NCBI RefSeq assembly: GCF_963921235.1
Contig: NC_086104.1
Coordinates: 142,228,001-142,292,000 of the forward strand
Length of the DNA: 64,000 bases
Origin: Mobula hypostoma
Taxonomy: Eukaryota
Direction: 5' to 3'
Shown here one piece after another: positions 12,640 through 25,299 of the stretch. The translations under genes and the position numbers were made by a program. The notes beneath the pieces were generated by a model. It was not told the origin of the DNA and ran no database searches. It worked only from the letters and a program-made list of their open reading frames with translations. Position 1 is the first letter of the stretch. Every line of letters begins with the position of its first letter.

Positions 12640-14627
12640 CCCCCGCAGTTTGTCTACCAGGAGCACTTTAGAGTTGATGATGCTGTCATTTACCTGCTGA
12701 ACGGAGCCTACTCTCATTTGGATAAGCAGGGCAGTGCTGTGAGGATCATGTTATTTTTGATTTCTCAAGTGCCTTCAATACCATACAGCCCTCATTGCTG
12801 GGGAAAGCTCTATTCAATGCAGGTTTCCACTTCTGTTGTATGCTGGATAATGGACTACCTGACTGACAGACCACAGTTTGTGTAGCTTCAGAACTGTGTG
12901 CCAGACTTGGCTATAAGCAGCACTGGGGCCCCACAGGGGACTCTATTGGCTCCCTTCCTGTTTACCTTGTATACCTCGGACTTTAGATACAACACTGAGT
13001 CATGTCATCTGCAGAAATTCTCTGACGACTCAGCAATAGATGGATGTATAAAGGGAGGACAGGAAAATGAATACAGGACCCTGGTGGAAGACTTTGTCGA
13101 ATGGTGCAAGCGGAATCGTCTGCAGCTCAACATCGGTAAGACAAAGAAGATGATGATGGAAATTAGGAAGATTAAGCCCTCACTGCTCCCTGTTACCATT
13201 GATGATGAGGAGCTACAAGTACCTGGAGGTGCACCTGGATGACAGACTTGAGTGGAGCACCAACACAGAGGCTGTGTACAAGAAGGGCCAGAGTCACCTC
13301 TACTTCCTGAGGAGAATGGGTCCTTTGGAGTATGCAGGCCTCTCCTTCACATGTTCTATCAGTCTGTTGTCGTCAGTACAGTCTTCTATGCAGTGGTGTG
13401 CTGGGGCAATGGTACCAACATGGATTTCAAAGGTTTCAAAGGTACATCTAATGTCAGAGAAATGTATATAATATACATCCCGAAATGCTTTTTCTTCGCA
13501 ACCATCCACGAAAACAGAGGAGTGCCCCAAAGAATGAATGACAGTTAAATGTTAGAGCCCCAAAGTCCCCCCCCAGCTCCCTTCCCTCCTGTGCGTAAGC
13601 AGCAGCAAGCAACGATCCCTCCTCCCTCCACCAGCAAAAAAAAGTATCAGCACCCACCACCGAGCACTCAAGCATGCAGCAAAGCAACAGCAAAGACACA
13701 GACTTGCAGTAACCCAAAGACTACTCGTTCACCCGGTATTCGACATACCACAGCCTCTCTCTCTCTCCTTAATAAGGGAGAAAGAGATGTCTCCATTTCA
13801 CAGCGAGAGGGGAGACATAACAAACAACTTGCTGGTTTACAATGTTAAAAGTCCTTTGCGTTGCTTTTTCCAAGCTCCGTGCCTGAAGATCTCAGGTCTC
13901 TGGGCACACAACCATAGATCTTCCAACTCCCACGACACACTGGCCTTCTGCCAAGACACCGACCTTTGATCCGCTCATCTCACGAGCCATGAAATATTCG
14001 GGCCTCCGAAGGTGAGCAAAGCTCTTAGGCTGCGCCCTTGGCATGTTGAATAATGGCCAGTCGTGAAACCCCGAGAGTGGGTCCTATTTCCGCAAAGAAC
14101 CATGGTCAGTGTGTAACTCCAGGTCAGGGTCTTCAAAAGAACCCCAAAAGGGGAAAATAGAGATATTAAAGATAGAAATAGAGCTGATTCCAAAGATGCA
14201 AGCAAAGGAGACCCGTTAGGCGCCATTGACTCTCCTAAGCTCAGGCTTAATTAACCAGCTTATTAAACTGATTAGAAAGTCTGGCTCTGTTACAAGAGTC
14301 ATAATGGACACACTAGAGGCTGTGGTAGAACAAAGGACCCTCCTGAAAATCCTGGCAATTCTGGACAATGATTCTCACCTTCTGCGTGCCACCTTGGCTG
14401 AACGGAGAAGCACTTGCAGTAAGAGACTGAGATAACTGTGCTGCTCCAAAGAGGCCATATAATGAGTCAACCTATAGCCAGGGACGTGATGACCTCCTCC
14501 TGTTAGACTTTTTAAGCTAACTTATTTTTATTTATTCTTCTTATTTCTCTTCTAATGTTGTATATCTGTGAACTTGTGACACCGTAATTTCCTTTGGGAT
14601 CAATAAAGTATCTATCTATCTATCTAT
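12640..14627 (+). mobile_element. Rex1-type LINE, RT to 3' end, decayed, with an internal insertion
   Basis: STGAPQGTLLAPFLFTLYTSDF, QKFSDD, LNIGKTK, YKYL.VHLDDRLEW; tail AATAAAG(TATC)n at 14602-14626. Confidence 0.9.
13426..14236 (-). mobile_element. ~800-bp non-coding non-autonomous retroelement (unclassified)
   Basis: Interrupts the Rex1 coding sequence; minus strand starts GGAGAGTCAATGGCGCC and ends in a short tandem (CCTTTGAAA)2 tail; no ORF or tRNA boxes. Confidence 0.55.
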
Positions 14628-15199
14628 TAACAACTCTGACCCTTTGGAATTGTTGTGTCACTGTGGTAGAAAGCTGAGGTTACCAATATACTTCCCAGCC
14701 CCTGGAAAGTGAATATCCATTACATCTTGAGTTGAGAAACTGGGCAAACTTACCATTCCTGAAATGGCATCCATTGCAGGCCATTTGTGTCTCAGGAAGA
14801 TGATGTGAAAGGAAGATAATTTTCAATGTTTGAGACATTAGAATTATTCATAGGGTCTGTATTTGTGTATACCTACAGTGTGTATGTACTACAATAGATC
14901 TGCAAAACTCACAGTTATCCTCAGCCCTAGTTTGTTAGGCTGGGATCATCGACTGAAAAGTGCTATTTATGGAATTTTGTGGTGCCATTGCTGACATTCC
15001 TTCATGGCGCCCTCCAACAAGTTGTCAGTTCTCAACTTCAGACACAACTTCTGACAGCGTTTTTGATATTGCAACTGCTTTTGATGGAAAACAATTCCGC
15101 ATCACCCAAGGAACATGTCAATCTGAATGCTTTGCTTTCATTTTTTTTCTATATCTTGGAAACAATGCGGCATCTTCACATTCTCCCTTTTTTCCCGTG

Positions 15200-15865
15200 T
15201 CCAGATTCAGATTCATTTATTCATCACGGATACATCAGAACATATAATGAAGTGTGTCATTTGCTTTAAGAATTACAGAACCTAACGCTGTGCAGGGGCA
15301 TCCTGGTAATGTCACCACACTTTCCAGTGCCAACATCACATGCCTACAGTGTTAGGCAGAATAACACAAGCAATAAGAACAACAACACAACTACAACAAC
15401 AAAACAAGCCACTTTCCTCCCACCCACCCACCACCTCACACACACACAGGCAGTCCCCCAACCCTAGGACAGGCTGCTCCCAGACTTCCCACCTCCAGTG
15501 GAAACATAGATACATAGAAAATAGATGCAGGAGTAGGCCCTTCGGCCCTTCGAGCCTGCACCACCATTCAGTATGATCATGGCTGATCATCCAACTCAGA
15601 ACCCTGTACCTGCCTTCTCTCCATACCCCCGATCCCTTTAGCCACAACGGCCATATCTAACTCCCTCGCCACAAGGGCCATATCGAACTCCCAGGACTTG
15701 CATACATTGTGCCTCCAACTTTCCCAGTGAACTGACAAACTTGGAGACCTAGGGCTTCAGCCACTGGGCCTTAACTTCCTCACTTCCTATTGACCTTCGT
15801 GCTCTGATCCTCTGTATCAGCCCCAGGACTCACTGATGATAGGACCCCAAACTTTGGGCCTTAAA
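15200..15865 (-). mobile_element. SINE-like non-autonomous element with a nested CR1 3' end (15500-15692)
   Basis: Same body and tail as 23175-23735; nested piece nearly identical to the CR1 tail at 62401-62565. Confidence 0.65.
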
Positions 15866-16524
15866 ATGTTGTATCGGAGTGTGGACTCATGCCTCATCAT
15901 TACAGGAAACTGATGGGATGTTGGGCCAGACTAGATGGTTTGAGCCTTGCTCTCATCTAGCTGGAATCTATTGGCATCGATATATTATAGTCAGCAGTCA
16001 TTCTTCTTCAACCAGCTCACTTGCTATAATCATTGAAGTACATTATTTCTCTGCATGTTCCTCTTGTCTTTTGAGACACCTAAACGAATATCCTATGACA
16101 CCAGTCAGATGATGAACTAAACAAGCCATTGCTTTCTGCATGAAGTCTTGAGCTGAAACTATCCTAAATAGAAATCTGTTGTACCAGAGATCTCCAAGGT
16201 GATTTTTAATCAGAGCCATTACCACACTCTTCCTGCCAGTAAACACGTCCTACCTCAAGGGTTGTGATGGTCTGGCCTCTTTTGAGCTAACCTTGTAGAT
16301 CATCAGTCAGAGATAAGGGAAATCTATCTGTGTTGCTGATAGTTTTCTCATAGCCTCACTGCAGTAATAATTGGTATAACTTAATCAGAAAGACATCTGG
16401 CTTGATAGTCTGCTTCCTGCCATCTCTTCACCTTGTGCGTAATCAGGGTCATGCTTTGAAGAACCAAGGTGGATGATTTTCCGTCAGGTGATTCTTGGCT
16501 TTCTTAACCTTATTGACAAGCAAA

Positions 16525-16768
16525 GCATAGCGGTTGGCGTAACAATTGACAGTGCCTCCTCTAAGATCGGAGTTCAATTCCTACAGCGCTCTGTAAGGAG
16601 CCTGTACATTCTCCCTGGGGCCTTGTGGCTTTTCTTTAGATGTCCCAATTTTCTGAGTATAGTATGTTGACACCAGAGGCATGGTGACACTCAGTAACTT
16701 GATTTGATGCAAAAGACACATTTCACTGTAAGTTTAAATGTACACGTGACAAATAAAGCTAATCTGAA
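16525..16768 (+). mobile_element. Decayed V-SINE with alternative 3' tail
   Basis: GGAGTTCAATTCC B box, TGTAAGGAGCCTGTACATTCTCCC V-domain, tail ATTTCACTGTAAG...GTGACAAATAAAGCTAATC. Confidence 0.65.
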
Positions 16769-16769
16769 A

Positions 16770-17205
16770 TGCTAGAAAGACTCAGCCAGAGGCAGCATCT
16801 ATGTTTCAGGTCTTCACTTCAGGGCAAGTAAGAAAGCAAGTTTTCAGTCAGAGAAAAATTGGGAGGGGGTTGAGTAGAACAAAAGGATGGTGTCAAATTC
16901 CCTCACTTTAGCAAAGTTATTCCTCGAGTCTGTTTCAATACTTAGCCATTTTTGTCATCTATGCATCTATATCACGGCTCCATTTACTCTTTCCATTAGT
17001 ACAGCCTGGCTTATTGGACGCGTTCCCCAGAAAAAGTAAGCTACCTGAAGTTCAAAATGTACATCTGCACATTTTGTGTGCATTGCTTGGATTTCCAGCA
17101 TCTGCAGATTTTCTCTCGTTTGTGATTAAGCTACCTGAAGTTGTTGACTTTGTTTAGAGCCAGAAGGACAGCAGTTGAGATGCTGTTCTCCAAGCTTACA
17201 TTGCC
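16770..17205 (-). mobile_element. Old Penelope 3' end (GIY-YIG C-terminus + UTR) carrying a younger 74-bp Penelope-derived insert
   Basis: Minus strand CKLGEQHL...NNFR-stop remnant; insert 17053-17126 flanked by TAAGCTACCTGAAGTT (17037-17052, 17127-17142). Confidence 0.6.
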
Positions 17206-17309
17206 TCTTAGCACACCGGACTTGATTGTTCAGAGATCTGTCTCAACCCTGTGCCAGGCTCCCCAGCAGTTTAATTTGGGAACTGATGGTGTTTCTTAAA
17301 ATTTAGTAC

Positions 17310-18500
17310 TTTTCGTCGGCACTGGCCGACCCACCTTCAAGGACTTATATACAGAAAGGTGCCAGAAAAAGACCAGAGCATAAAGGATTGCAACCACCCT
17401 GCTCATGGGCTGTTTTTTCCGCTCCCATCAGGGAAGAGCCTACGCAGCATCCGCACCAGGACCACCAGACTCAAAAGCATTTACTTCACCCAAGCCATCA
17501 ACATCTCCACCAATTAACCCTATTTGTTAAATAGGTACCGTGCACAATCCTGATTTGACGGAGGCAGATGTGAGAAGCACGGAGGAACATCTGAGAAACT
17601 TCTGAAATGCCAGCTTCGCTGTCGTTGCTACTGTGCGATCGAGAATCTCTGGAGGGGAAGGCCCCAAATCCTCGGCTTTGCCTATTGCCTGTTGCCGGGG
17701 CCGGGGTCGAAGCGCTCAGCAGAGATGGTGCTCGGTGCTCGGTGTCGGAGGGCTGGTCGGAGGCTCGAAGTTTTCGGACGGACTGAGAGTCAGACTGTGG
17801 TCGGGTGCTTCCAGGGTGCTGCATCGGCAAGTTTGTGGCGCTGGAGGTTCATGGCAGGGAGAGTTTTTCTTCCTTCTACCATTGGCATGAGATGATGGGA
17901 CTTTTGAAAGACTTTGAGACTTTTTTTTACATGCCCATGGTCTGTTCTTTATCAAATTATGGCATTGCTTTGCACTGTTGTAACTATATGATATAATTAT
18001 GTGGTTTTTGTCAGTTTTTTTTAGTCTTGGTTTGTCTTGTGTTTCTGTGATATCATACCAGAGGAACATTGTATCATTTCTTAATGCATGCATTACTAAG
18101 TGACAATGAAAGAGGACTACGTGTCCTCATAATCTAATCTAACTCTCCGCCCCACCCCACTACCATAAGTTTATCATTACCTGCCAGTCTCCTTTTGTAC
18201 AGATACTCCTGTGTCTAGCATCTTTTTATATCAAAGATCAAAGGTTCATTTATTATCAAAGTATACACTCTATGTCAAGGGTCTCCTTTTTTATGCCATG
18301 GACCAATACCATTAAGCAAAGATTCTGGAGACCCCAGGTTGGGAACTGCTGCTTTATGTACATACAATCAAACTGTATATCGGCTAAACTTAACGCATTT
18401 ATATTGACTGTTTTTTATGCTTATGGTGTCTTTTTGAGTGCTGCATCAGATCTGGAGTAACAATCATTTTGTTCACCTTTACACTGAAGAATCCTGAATC
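17310..18500 (+). mobile_element. Rex/Babar 3' fragment with nested non-autonomous element (~17500-18142, (TAATC)n tail) and MITE
   Basis: HPAHGLF..LPSGKSLRSIRTRTTRLK motif at 17390-17490; GC-rich insert ends CATAATCTAATCTAA. Confidence 0.7.
18276..18351. mobile_element. hAT-type MITE with 8-bp TSD
   Basis: CT(C/T)TATGT at 18268-18275 and 18352-18359; AGGTTGGGAACTGCTG terminus. Confidence 0.75.
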
Positions 18501-19034
18501 TTTTGGTGGTCATCACATCCCGTTCATTTAACTAATGCTTCAAATATCTTCACGTCTTAGCAAAATAGTTGATTTCTTTCCTTCTGCAATTCCATTTGAG
18601 TGAAAACAAATGATCCATTCTTTTTACGTGGCTAATCTATGATTCAATTGAAATGCTAAAAGAACCATAAGTACCTCAGGTGGCTATCTTGACTTGATTA
18701 TAGCACTACACAGCTAGTGCCACTATAAAGGAGAAACTCAGTGATATTCAATGTGGGCTCAGCAAGCCATACTGCTACACAGCTTGAGAAAGAATGCATG
18801 TCTAATGGAAACATTCTGGTTATTCTCTGTCAACAATTATCATTATGGCTTCTTTCAATGGAAATAGAAATGACATTAAATACAAAGTCATCATCACGAG
18901 ATCAATAATCAGATGCCGGCCATGGGGAACAGGCACCTTCATTTCCCACACACTCACTGAACGTGATAACAACAATAAAATTACAATACAATTTAAAGAT
19001 AAAGATTATCTTTATTTATCACATGTACATTGAA

Positions 19035-19895
19035 TTAGAAGCAGGTTTAATATCATCGGCATATGTTGTGAGATTTGTTAACTTTGCGGCAGCAGTAAAA
19101 TGCAATACATAATTCAGAAAAATAACTGTAAATATATATATATGTATGTTAAATAGTTAAGTAGTTCAAAAACAAATTAAAAAAAGAAGTGAGGAAGTGC
19201 TCGTGGGTTCAATGTCCATTTATGAACTGGATGGCTGAGGGGAAGAAGCTGTTTCTGTATCGCTGACTGTGTGCCTTCAGACTTCTGTACCTCCTTCCGA
19301 CGGTAACAATCAGAAGAGGGCATGCCCTGAATATTAGGGGTCCTCAATGATGGAAGTTGCTTTTTCTGAGGCACCGCTCCTTGAAGATGTCTTGGATACT
19401 ATGGAGGTTAGTATCCATGATGGAGATGACTAATTTCACAACTCTTTGCCACTTACTTCGATCCTGTGCAGTAGCCTCCCCATACCAGACGGTGATGGAG
19501 CCAGTCAGAATGCTCTCCACAGTATATCTGTAGATGTTTTCAAGTGTCTTTGGTGATAAGTCAAACCTTCTCAAACTCCTTATGAAATATAGCCTCTGTC
19601 TTGGCTTCTTTATATCTTCATTGATATGTTGGGACAAGGTTAGATGCTCAGAGATATTGACAATCATGAACCTGAAATTGCTCACTCTCTCCACTTCTAA
19701 TTCCTCTATGAGGATTGGTTGTGTTCCCTCATCTTAACCTTCCTGAAGTTCACAATCAGCTCTTCAGTCTTAGTAACGTTGAGTGTAAGATTTTGCTGCA
19801 ACTCATCTCAACTAGCTGGTATATCTCGCTCCTGTATGCCCTCTCGTCACCATCTGAGATTCTGCCATCAATGGTAGCACCATCAGCAAATTTAT
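19035..19895 (-). mobile_element. Rex/Babar-type LINE 3' fragment
   Basis: ORF 19344-19694 MERVSNFRF...RQRLYFIRSLRRF...YRYTVESILTG. Confidence 0.9.
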
Positions 19896-20180
19896 GGAAA
19901 CACTCAGTGAAGTGCATCGTTTTCAATCAAATCAGATTAGTGAGGATGTTACTGGCCAGCCAGCAAGTATCATTGCACTTGCAATGCTAACCTAGCATGC
20001 CCACACTTCACTAACCCCAACCCTATATCTTTGGAATGTGGCAGGAAACCGGAGGCAATGAGGAAATCTATGTGGTCACAGGAAGGATGGATAAACTCCC
20101 TAGAGGCAGCAGCAGGAGCTGAAACGCAGCCACTAATCACTGACACTGTAACAGTGTAACGTCATTCGCAATGCAACCGT
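19896..20180 (-). mobile_element. V-SINE whose tail (18995-19033) is displaced by the Rex insertion
   Basis: TCTTTGGAATGTGGCAGGAAACCGGAG V-domain complement; tail TTTATTTATCACATGTACATTGAA lies left of the Rex copy. Confidence 0.6.
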
Positions 20181-20629
20181 GTCACTCTCTAGTCTTGCAT
20201 TCTAAGATTTTCACATGGATTTGTAAAACAAATAAGTCGCTTAGATTGAAGTCCTCCTGAATAGCTTTGGATATCTTATTTTAATTTTGGCAGATGATCA
20301 TCAGAAGCTTTGTTGAAAGATGGCTTTGTCCACAATGACGATCCATCTGTGGACATTCAGCCACATGATAAGCAACATACTTGTATTAATGAAGTATTCA
20401 CAGCATTGCTTTGCAGACAGCAAAAATTACAAAATAGTCTGCCGATGGTTGTGCTAAATTTGAGATTATTTTAGCAGGCACAGGCCGAGGTGAAAAACAG
20501 TGGAAGCAAATTTTAGAAGAAGAATTGAACGTGCATTCTTCACTTCATCGTGAAAAATAAGGTTTTTGAAGGAGCTGCAGAAAGAATTCTGGCCAGTCAT
20601 ATCTGTGCTGGTCAAAAAGACCTCCACAA

Positions 20630-21830
20630 AGTCAAGTTTCAAGGTTGTACGTTCAAAGTAAGTTTATTACTAAGGTACAAATATGTCACCATATACAGCC
20701 CTGATATTCATTTTCTTGCAGGCAATCACAGTAAATACAAGAAACACGATAGCATCAATGAAAGACCGCACCCAAGAGGGCAGACATCAGCCAATGTGCA
20801 AAAGATAGTGCAAATACAAAAAAAGAAAAAGAATAAATAATACTACTACAAATAATAAAACTTTATACTTTATTGTCGCCAAACAATTGATACTAGAATG
20901 TACAATCATCACAGCGATATTTGATTCTGCGCTTCCCGCCCCCTGGATTACAAATATTAAATATTAACAATAGTAAAAATTAGTAAATATTAAAAATTTG
21001 AATTATAAATCATAAATAGAAAATAGAAAAATGGAAAGTAAGGTAGTGCAAAAAAACCGAGAGGCAGGCCCGGATACTTTGAGGGTACGGCCCAGATCCG
21101 GGTCAGGATCCGTTCAGCAGTCTTATCACAGTTGGAAAGAAGCTGTTCCCAAATCTGGCCATACGAGTCTTCATGCTCCTGAGCCTTCTCCCGGAGGGAA
21201 GAGGGATGAAGTGTGTGTTAGCTGGGTGGATCGTGCCCTTGATTATCCTGGCAGCACTGCTCCGACAGCGTGTGGTGTAAAGTGAGTCCAAGGACGGAAG
21301 ATTGGTTTGTGTGATATGCTGTGCCATGTTCACGATCTTCTGCAGCTTCTTTTGGTCTTGGACAGGACAACTTCCATACCAGGTTGTGATGCACCCTAGA
21401 AGAATGCTTTCTACGGTGCATCTATAAAAATTAGTGAGGGTTTTAGGGGACAGGCCAAATTTCTTTAGATTTCTCAGGAAGTAAAGGCACTGGTGGGCCT
21501 TCTTGGCAGTAAACTCTGCTTGGTTGGACCAAGTCAGGTCATTTGTGATATTAACCCCGAGGAACTTAAAGCTTTTGACCTGTTCCACTTGCACACCACC
21601 AATGTAAATTGGGTCGTGTGGTCTGCTACTCCTTCTGAAGTCAACAGCTAAAATATAAATAATATAAATAAATAAGCAATAAATATTCAGGACATGGGAT
21701 AAAGAGTCCTTGAAAGTGAATCTGTTTCAGTGGGAACATTTCACAGATAGGGTGGGAAGTTGAGTGAGGTTATCCACACTGGTTAAAGAGGCTGCTGGTT
21801 GAGGGGTAATAATTATTCATGAACCTGCTA
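20630..21830 (-). mobile_element. Rex/Babar 3' tail containing a younger Rex/Babar 3' fragment (~20855-21648)
   Basis: Stop-free ORF 21103-21594: VEQVKSFKFLGVNITNDLTW...KKAHQCLYFLR...LPSGRRLRS...FGNSFFP. Confidence 0.85.
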
Positions 21831-22189
21831 GTGCCAGTTTGTTTGTCATGTGCAAGCAAACATGTATGTAAAGGTGCAATGAAACCTTTACTTGCAACGT
21901 AGCCTTTTAAATGTGTCTATCAGAGATATTTGTGTTGGTTAAAAAGCCTTTAATTGCTGGAAGATGTGACAATTGGGACATTCCAGGAACTTGGCCTCAG
22001 GTTACATGGTCTAAGCCCACATATTAACCAGGGCTGCCTTACCTTGATGGAAACATCTCCAGTGCCGTACAACAACTCATTCAGCCTTCCATATCTGGAA
22101 TTATGAGAGATTGTGGGGACTTTGAGCAGAGAGCCCAGGTTAATACAAGCTAATCTGAGGCTTTATCAGGCACTGATCAGGCAGCACTT

Positions 22190-22665
22190 GGAGAATTTTG
22201 AGCAGTTTTAGTTTGTTATCTAAGAAAGAGTGTGCTGGCACTGGAGATGATTCAGAGGAGGTTCACAAGAATGACCCCAGGAATGAAAGGTTTAACTTAT
22301 GATGAGTGTTTGATGGCTCTGGGTTTTTATACGCTCTGGAGTTTAGAAGAAGAGTGGGGGGGGGGGGGATCTCATTGAAACCTATCGAATGTTGAAAGGC
22401 CTAGCTTAGGACCAGGTGGCACAGGACGTCCCTTTACAATAGCGATAAAGAGGAAAATCTTTAGCCAGAGGATGGTGATTTTGTGCAAATAATTGCCACA
22501 GAGAGCTTCTGAAGTCATGTCATTGGGTACATTAAAAGCAGAGTCTGATAGGGTTCTTGAAGAGAAAGGGATCCAAAGTTACAGGGAGAAGTAAATCAGA
22601 CATGATGGAATGGCGGAACAGACTTAATGGGCTGAATTGCCTAATTCTGCTCCTATGTCTTATAG
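22190..22665 (+). mobile_element. CR1 3' fragment
   Basis: QRRFTRMTPGMKGLTY, GDLIETYRMLKGL, GGGCTGAATTGCCT tail. Confidence 0.8.
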
Positions 22666-23174
22666 TCAAATCGAGTCTTGCTTCATCTCTATCACAAAGT
22701 CTGAGACATGTACGTACAGTGTGTACTATTAACTTTCTTTTCTCTAGTGCCATTTCATCATCATCACCTTGGATTTTATTTCAAATTTAAATTATACTGT
22801 GTATCAGGGATGTTTGAGGGACAGAACTGATGATTTTATCAATAAAACAATTGACTGGAAGAGAAGTAAAAAAAACTTCAGTTCGTCATCATTTGGAAGG
22901 ATGGGATTGTTAGAATGATACCTATTAACAAGTTTCGAGCTAATATTTTACGTTTCTCCCTCCACAGATGCTGCCGGGTCTGCTGAATTTTTTTCAGCAT
23001 TTTCTACTTTGCACTTGTTAACGCTGATGTTTTTCTTTGGAATTTATGACAGAAAGTGTTAAAAATTCATGTGATATTATTTTATACAGTGCATTGTCAT
23101 GTCATATCTGTGGAAGATGTCAATTTCTGGTCAAGGTGGAACTGAGACCTCTCAGGTCAATGTGTCATTGTCAG

Positions 23175-23735
23175 GTTCCTGGATCTGAGTCCTGTGGGGG
23201 TAGGAAGCTTGAGAGCTGATGACCCCTTAGGTATGGGAGTCGGTGAGTCCGGAGTTCAAGGTGTGGAGTTTGGAGACCTCATCCAGGCTCCTCACTTGTT
23301 GTCACCTACAGGTTCCAGGGTCAATATCAAAGGCCTGAAGGTCGATCAGAGTTTGGACGATGATGGCCGAAGCCTGGGACTGTGAGTCTGCTGGGGAAGT
23401 TAAAGGCCCATTGTCTGCGAGTCTGAGTCCAAGGGAGGCCTGGAGAAGGTCTGTCCTGGGGTTAATGTGTGCGCATGGATGAGTGGATAGGTGGGAGGAT
23501 GGTAAAGGGCAGGTTTTGTTGTGTTGCTTTGTTAACGTTATTCTGTTGCTGTTGTTGTTGTTGCTTGTGTGTTTTGCAAACATGGTGAGCACGCTATTTT
23601 GGCACCAGAATGTGTAGCAACACCTGCAGGCTGCCCCCAGCACATCCTTAGGCTGTGTTGGTTGTTAACACAAATGACACATTTCAGTGTAAGTTTCTAT
23701 GTGCATGTGATGAATGAATGAATCTGAAACTGAAA
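23175..23735 (+). mobile_element. SINE-like non-autonomous element
   Basis: GT-rich body, TGTGTAGCAACACCTGCAGGCTGCCCCCAGCACATCC motif and ACACATTTCAGTGT...GTGATGAATGAATGAATCTGA tail, repeated at 9795-10835 and 15200-15865. Confidence 0.65.
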
Positions 23736-24124
23736 CAGAGTCAAACAATCAGGATGATGACTTTCTCTGAAGCTCTGACGCATTCCAATGTGTGACCATC
23801 AACCAAGACAATGTCCTCTTTCCATAGATGCTGCCTGACCTGTTGAGCAGTCCCAGCAAAGGAAAATAAATTCCTTTATATTTCAGATTTCCAGCAATCA
23901 TCGTTATTGGATTTGGGAGCAGAATGTTTCATGATATCGCAAGGTGTGGACGGAGAGAGGGGCGGTGGTCCAAATGCATGGATGACTTACTCATAGACAG
24001 GAATGAGAAGATTAACAAATTAAATAGGGATTTAAAAAATGTGAGCAGAGAGAATCTATCCCAACTTGTTTGTGAATCAGTGATGCAAAACTGCAAGACT
24101 AACATGAGGAGCTTAGCGATCTCC

Positions 24125-24587
24125 ATTTTATACTGTGGGTTGTTGTACAGGACCGAAAGGAGCTGCAGAGGGTCATAAATTTATTTGGCTCCTTGTTTGG
24201 TAGTAGCCTACAAAGTACCCAGGACATCTTCAAGGAGTGGTGTCTCAGAAAGGCAAGGTCCATTATTAAGGACCTCCAGCACCCAGGGCATGCCCTTTTC
24301 TCACCATCAGGTTGGAGGTACAGAAGCCTGAAGGCACTCACTCAGCGATTCAGGAACAGCTTCTTCCCCTCTGCCATCCGATTCCTAAATGGATATTGAA
24401 CCCGTGAACACTACCTCACTTTTTTAATATGTATTATTTCTGTTTTTGCATGATTTGTAATCTATTCAGTATACATGTACTGTAATTTATTTATTTTTAC
24501 TTCTATATAATGTATTGCATTGAACTGCTGCTGCTGCAGTAACAAATTTCAAGACACCTGCCGGTGATAATAAACCTGATTCTGATC
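24125..24587 (+). mobile_element. Rex/Babar 3' end
   Basis: ARSIIKDLQHPGHALFS..RYRSLK..QRFRNSFFPSAIRFLNG; AATAAACCTGATTCTGAT tail. Confidence 0.9.
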
Positions 24588-24614
24588 TCCACTTGAAATC
24601 AGTGGCAAGAGCAT

Positions 24615-25095
24615 AGTCATAAAAGTCAGAGTACTATAACATGGAAAGGCCCTTTGGCCCATCTAGTTCTGTGCTGGACTATTATTCTGCCTAGTCACAT
24701 AGATCATAACCCACACTCCCATACCACTTCCATTCATGTTCCTATCCAAACTTCTCTTAAATACTGAAATCAAACCCGCCATCCAACACTTGCCCTGGTA
24801 CTTCGTTCTGCACTCGCACCAACCTCTAAGTGAAGAAGTTCCCCTAAACCATTTCCCCTTTCATCCTTAACCCATGACCTCTAGCTCCAGTCTCACCCAA
24901 TCTCAGTGGAAAAAACCTGCTTGCATTTACCGTGTCTATTCCCCTCATAATTTTAGCTACCTCTATCAAATCTTCCTTCAGTCTCCTTCGCTCCACAAAA
25001 TAAAGTCCAAACCTATTCAAACCTTTCCCTATAACTTAAGTCCTCAAATCCCAGCAACATCCTTGCAAATTTTTTCTGTACTCTTCAATCCTATC
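24615..25095 (-). mobile_element. CR1 3' end
   Basis: Diverged homologue of the 3' end of the intact CR1 (27815-28320). Confidence 0.85.
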
Positions 25096-25299
25096 AATGT
25101 CTTTTCAATCTTTTTAATTTTTTTATATCAATGATAGTCCATAACAGATTAAAAAAGAAAAGCAGCTTCATTTGAAAGAGAAAATTTTGAAATGACACAG
25201 GGGAAAAGGAGGAAATGAAACTAAGAGGATTGCTTTTGGAATGAGCCAAAGCCGGATCAATGAATCAAAACGTCTCTGCACACTGCAGAATTCAATGAT

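Larger units (their letters stand above)
10926..14724 (-). repeat. ~1.1-kb solo LTR-like element, expanded by L1, Rex1 and non-autonomous insertions
   Basis: TGTGATGG...CCATTACA inverted termini, flanks CCTT/TCTT; collinear with the uninterrupted copy at 53867-55022; AATAAA on the minus strand near 11180. Confidence 0.7.

Noticed and set aside
21103-21594. 163-aa ORF as an ALKBH8-like or other host gene
   Set aside because: It is the DUF1891-type C-terminal region of a Rex/Babar LINE, present in many copies here and followed by a LINE tail.
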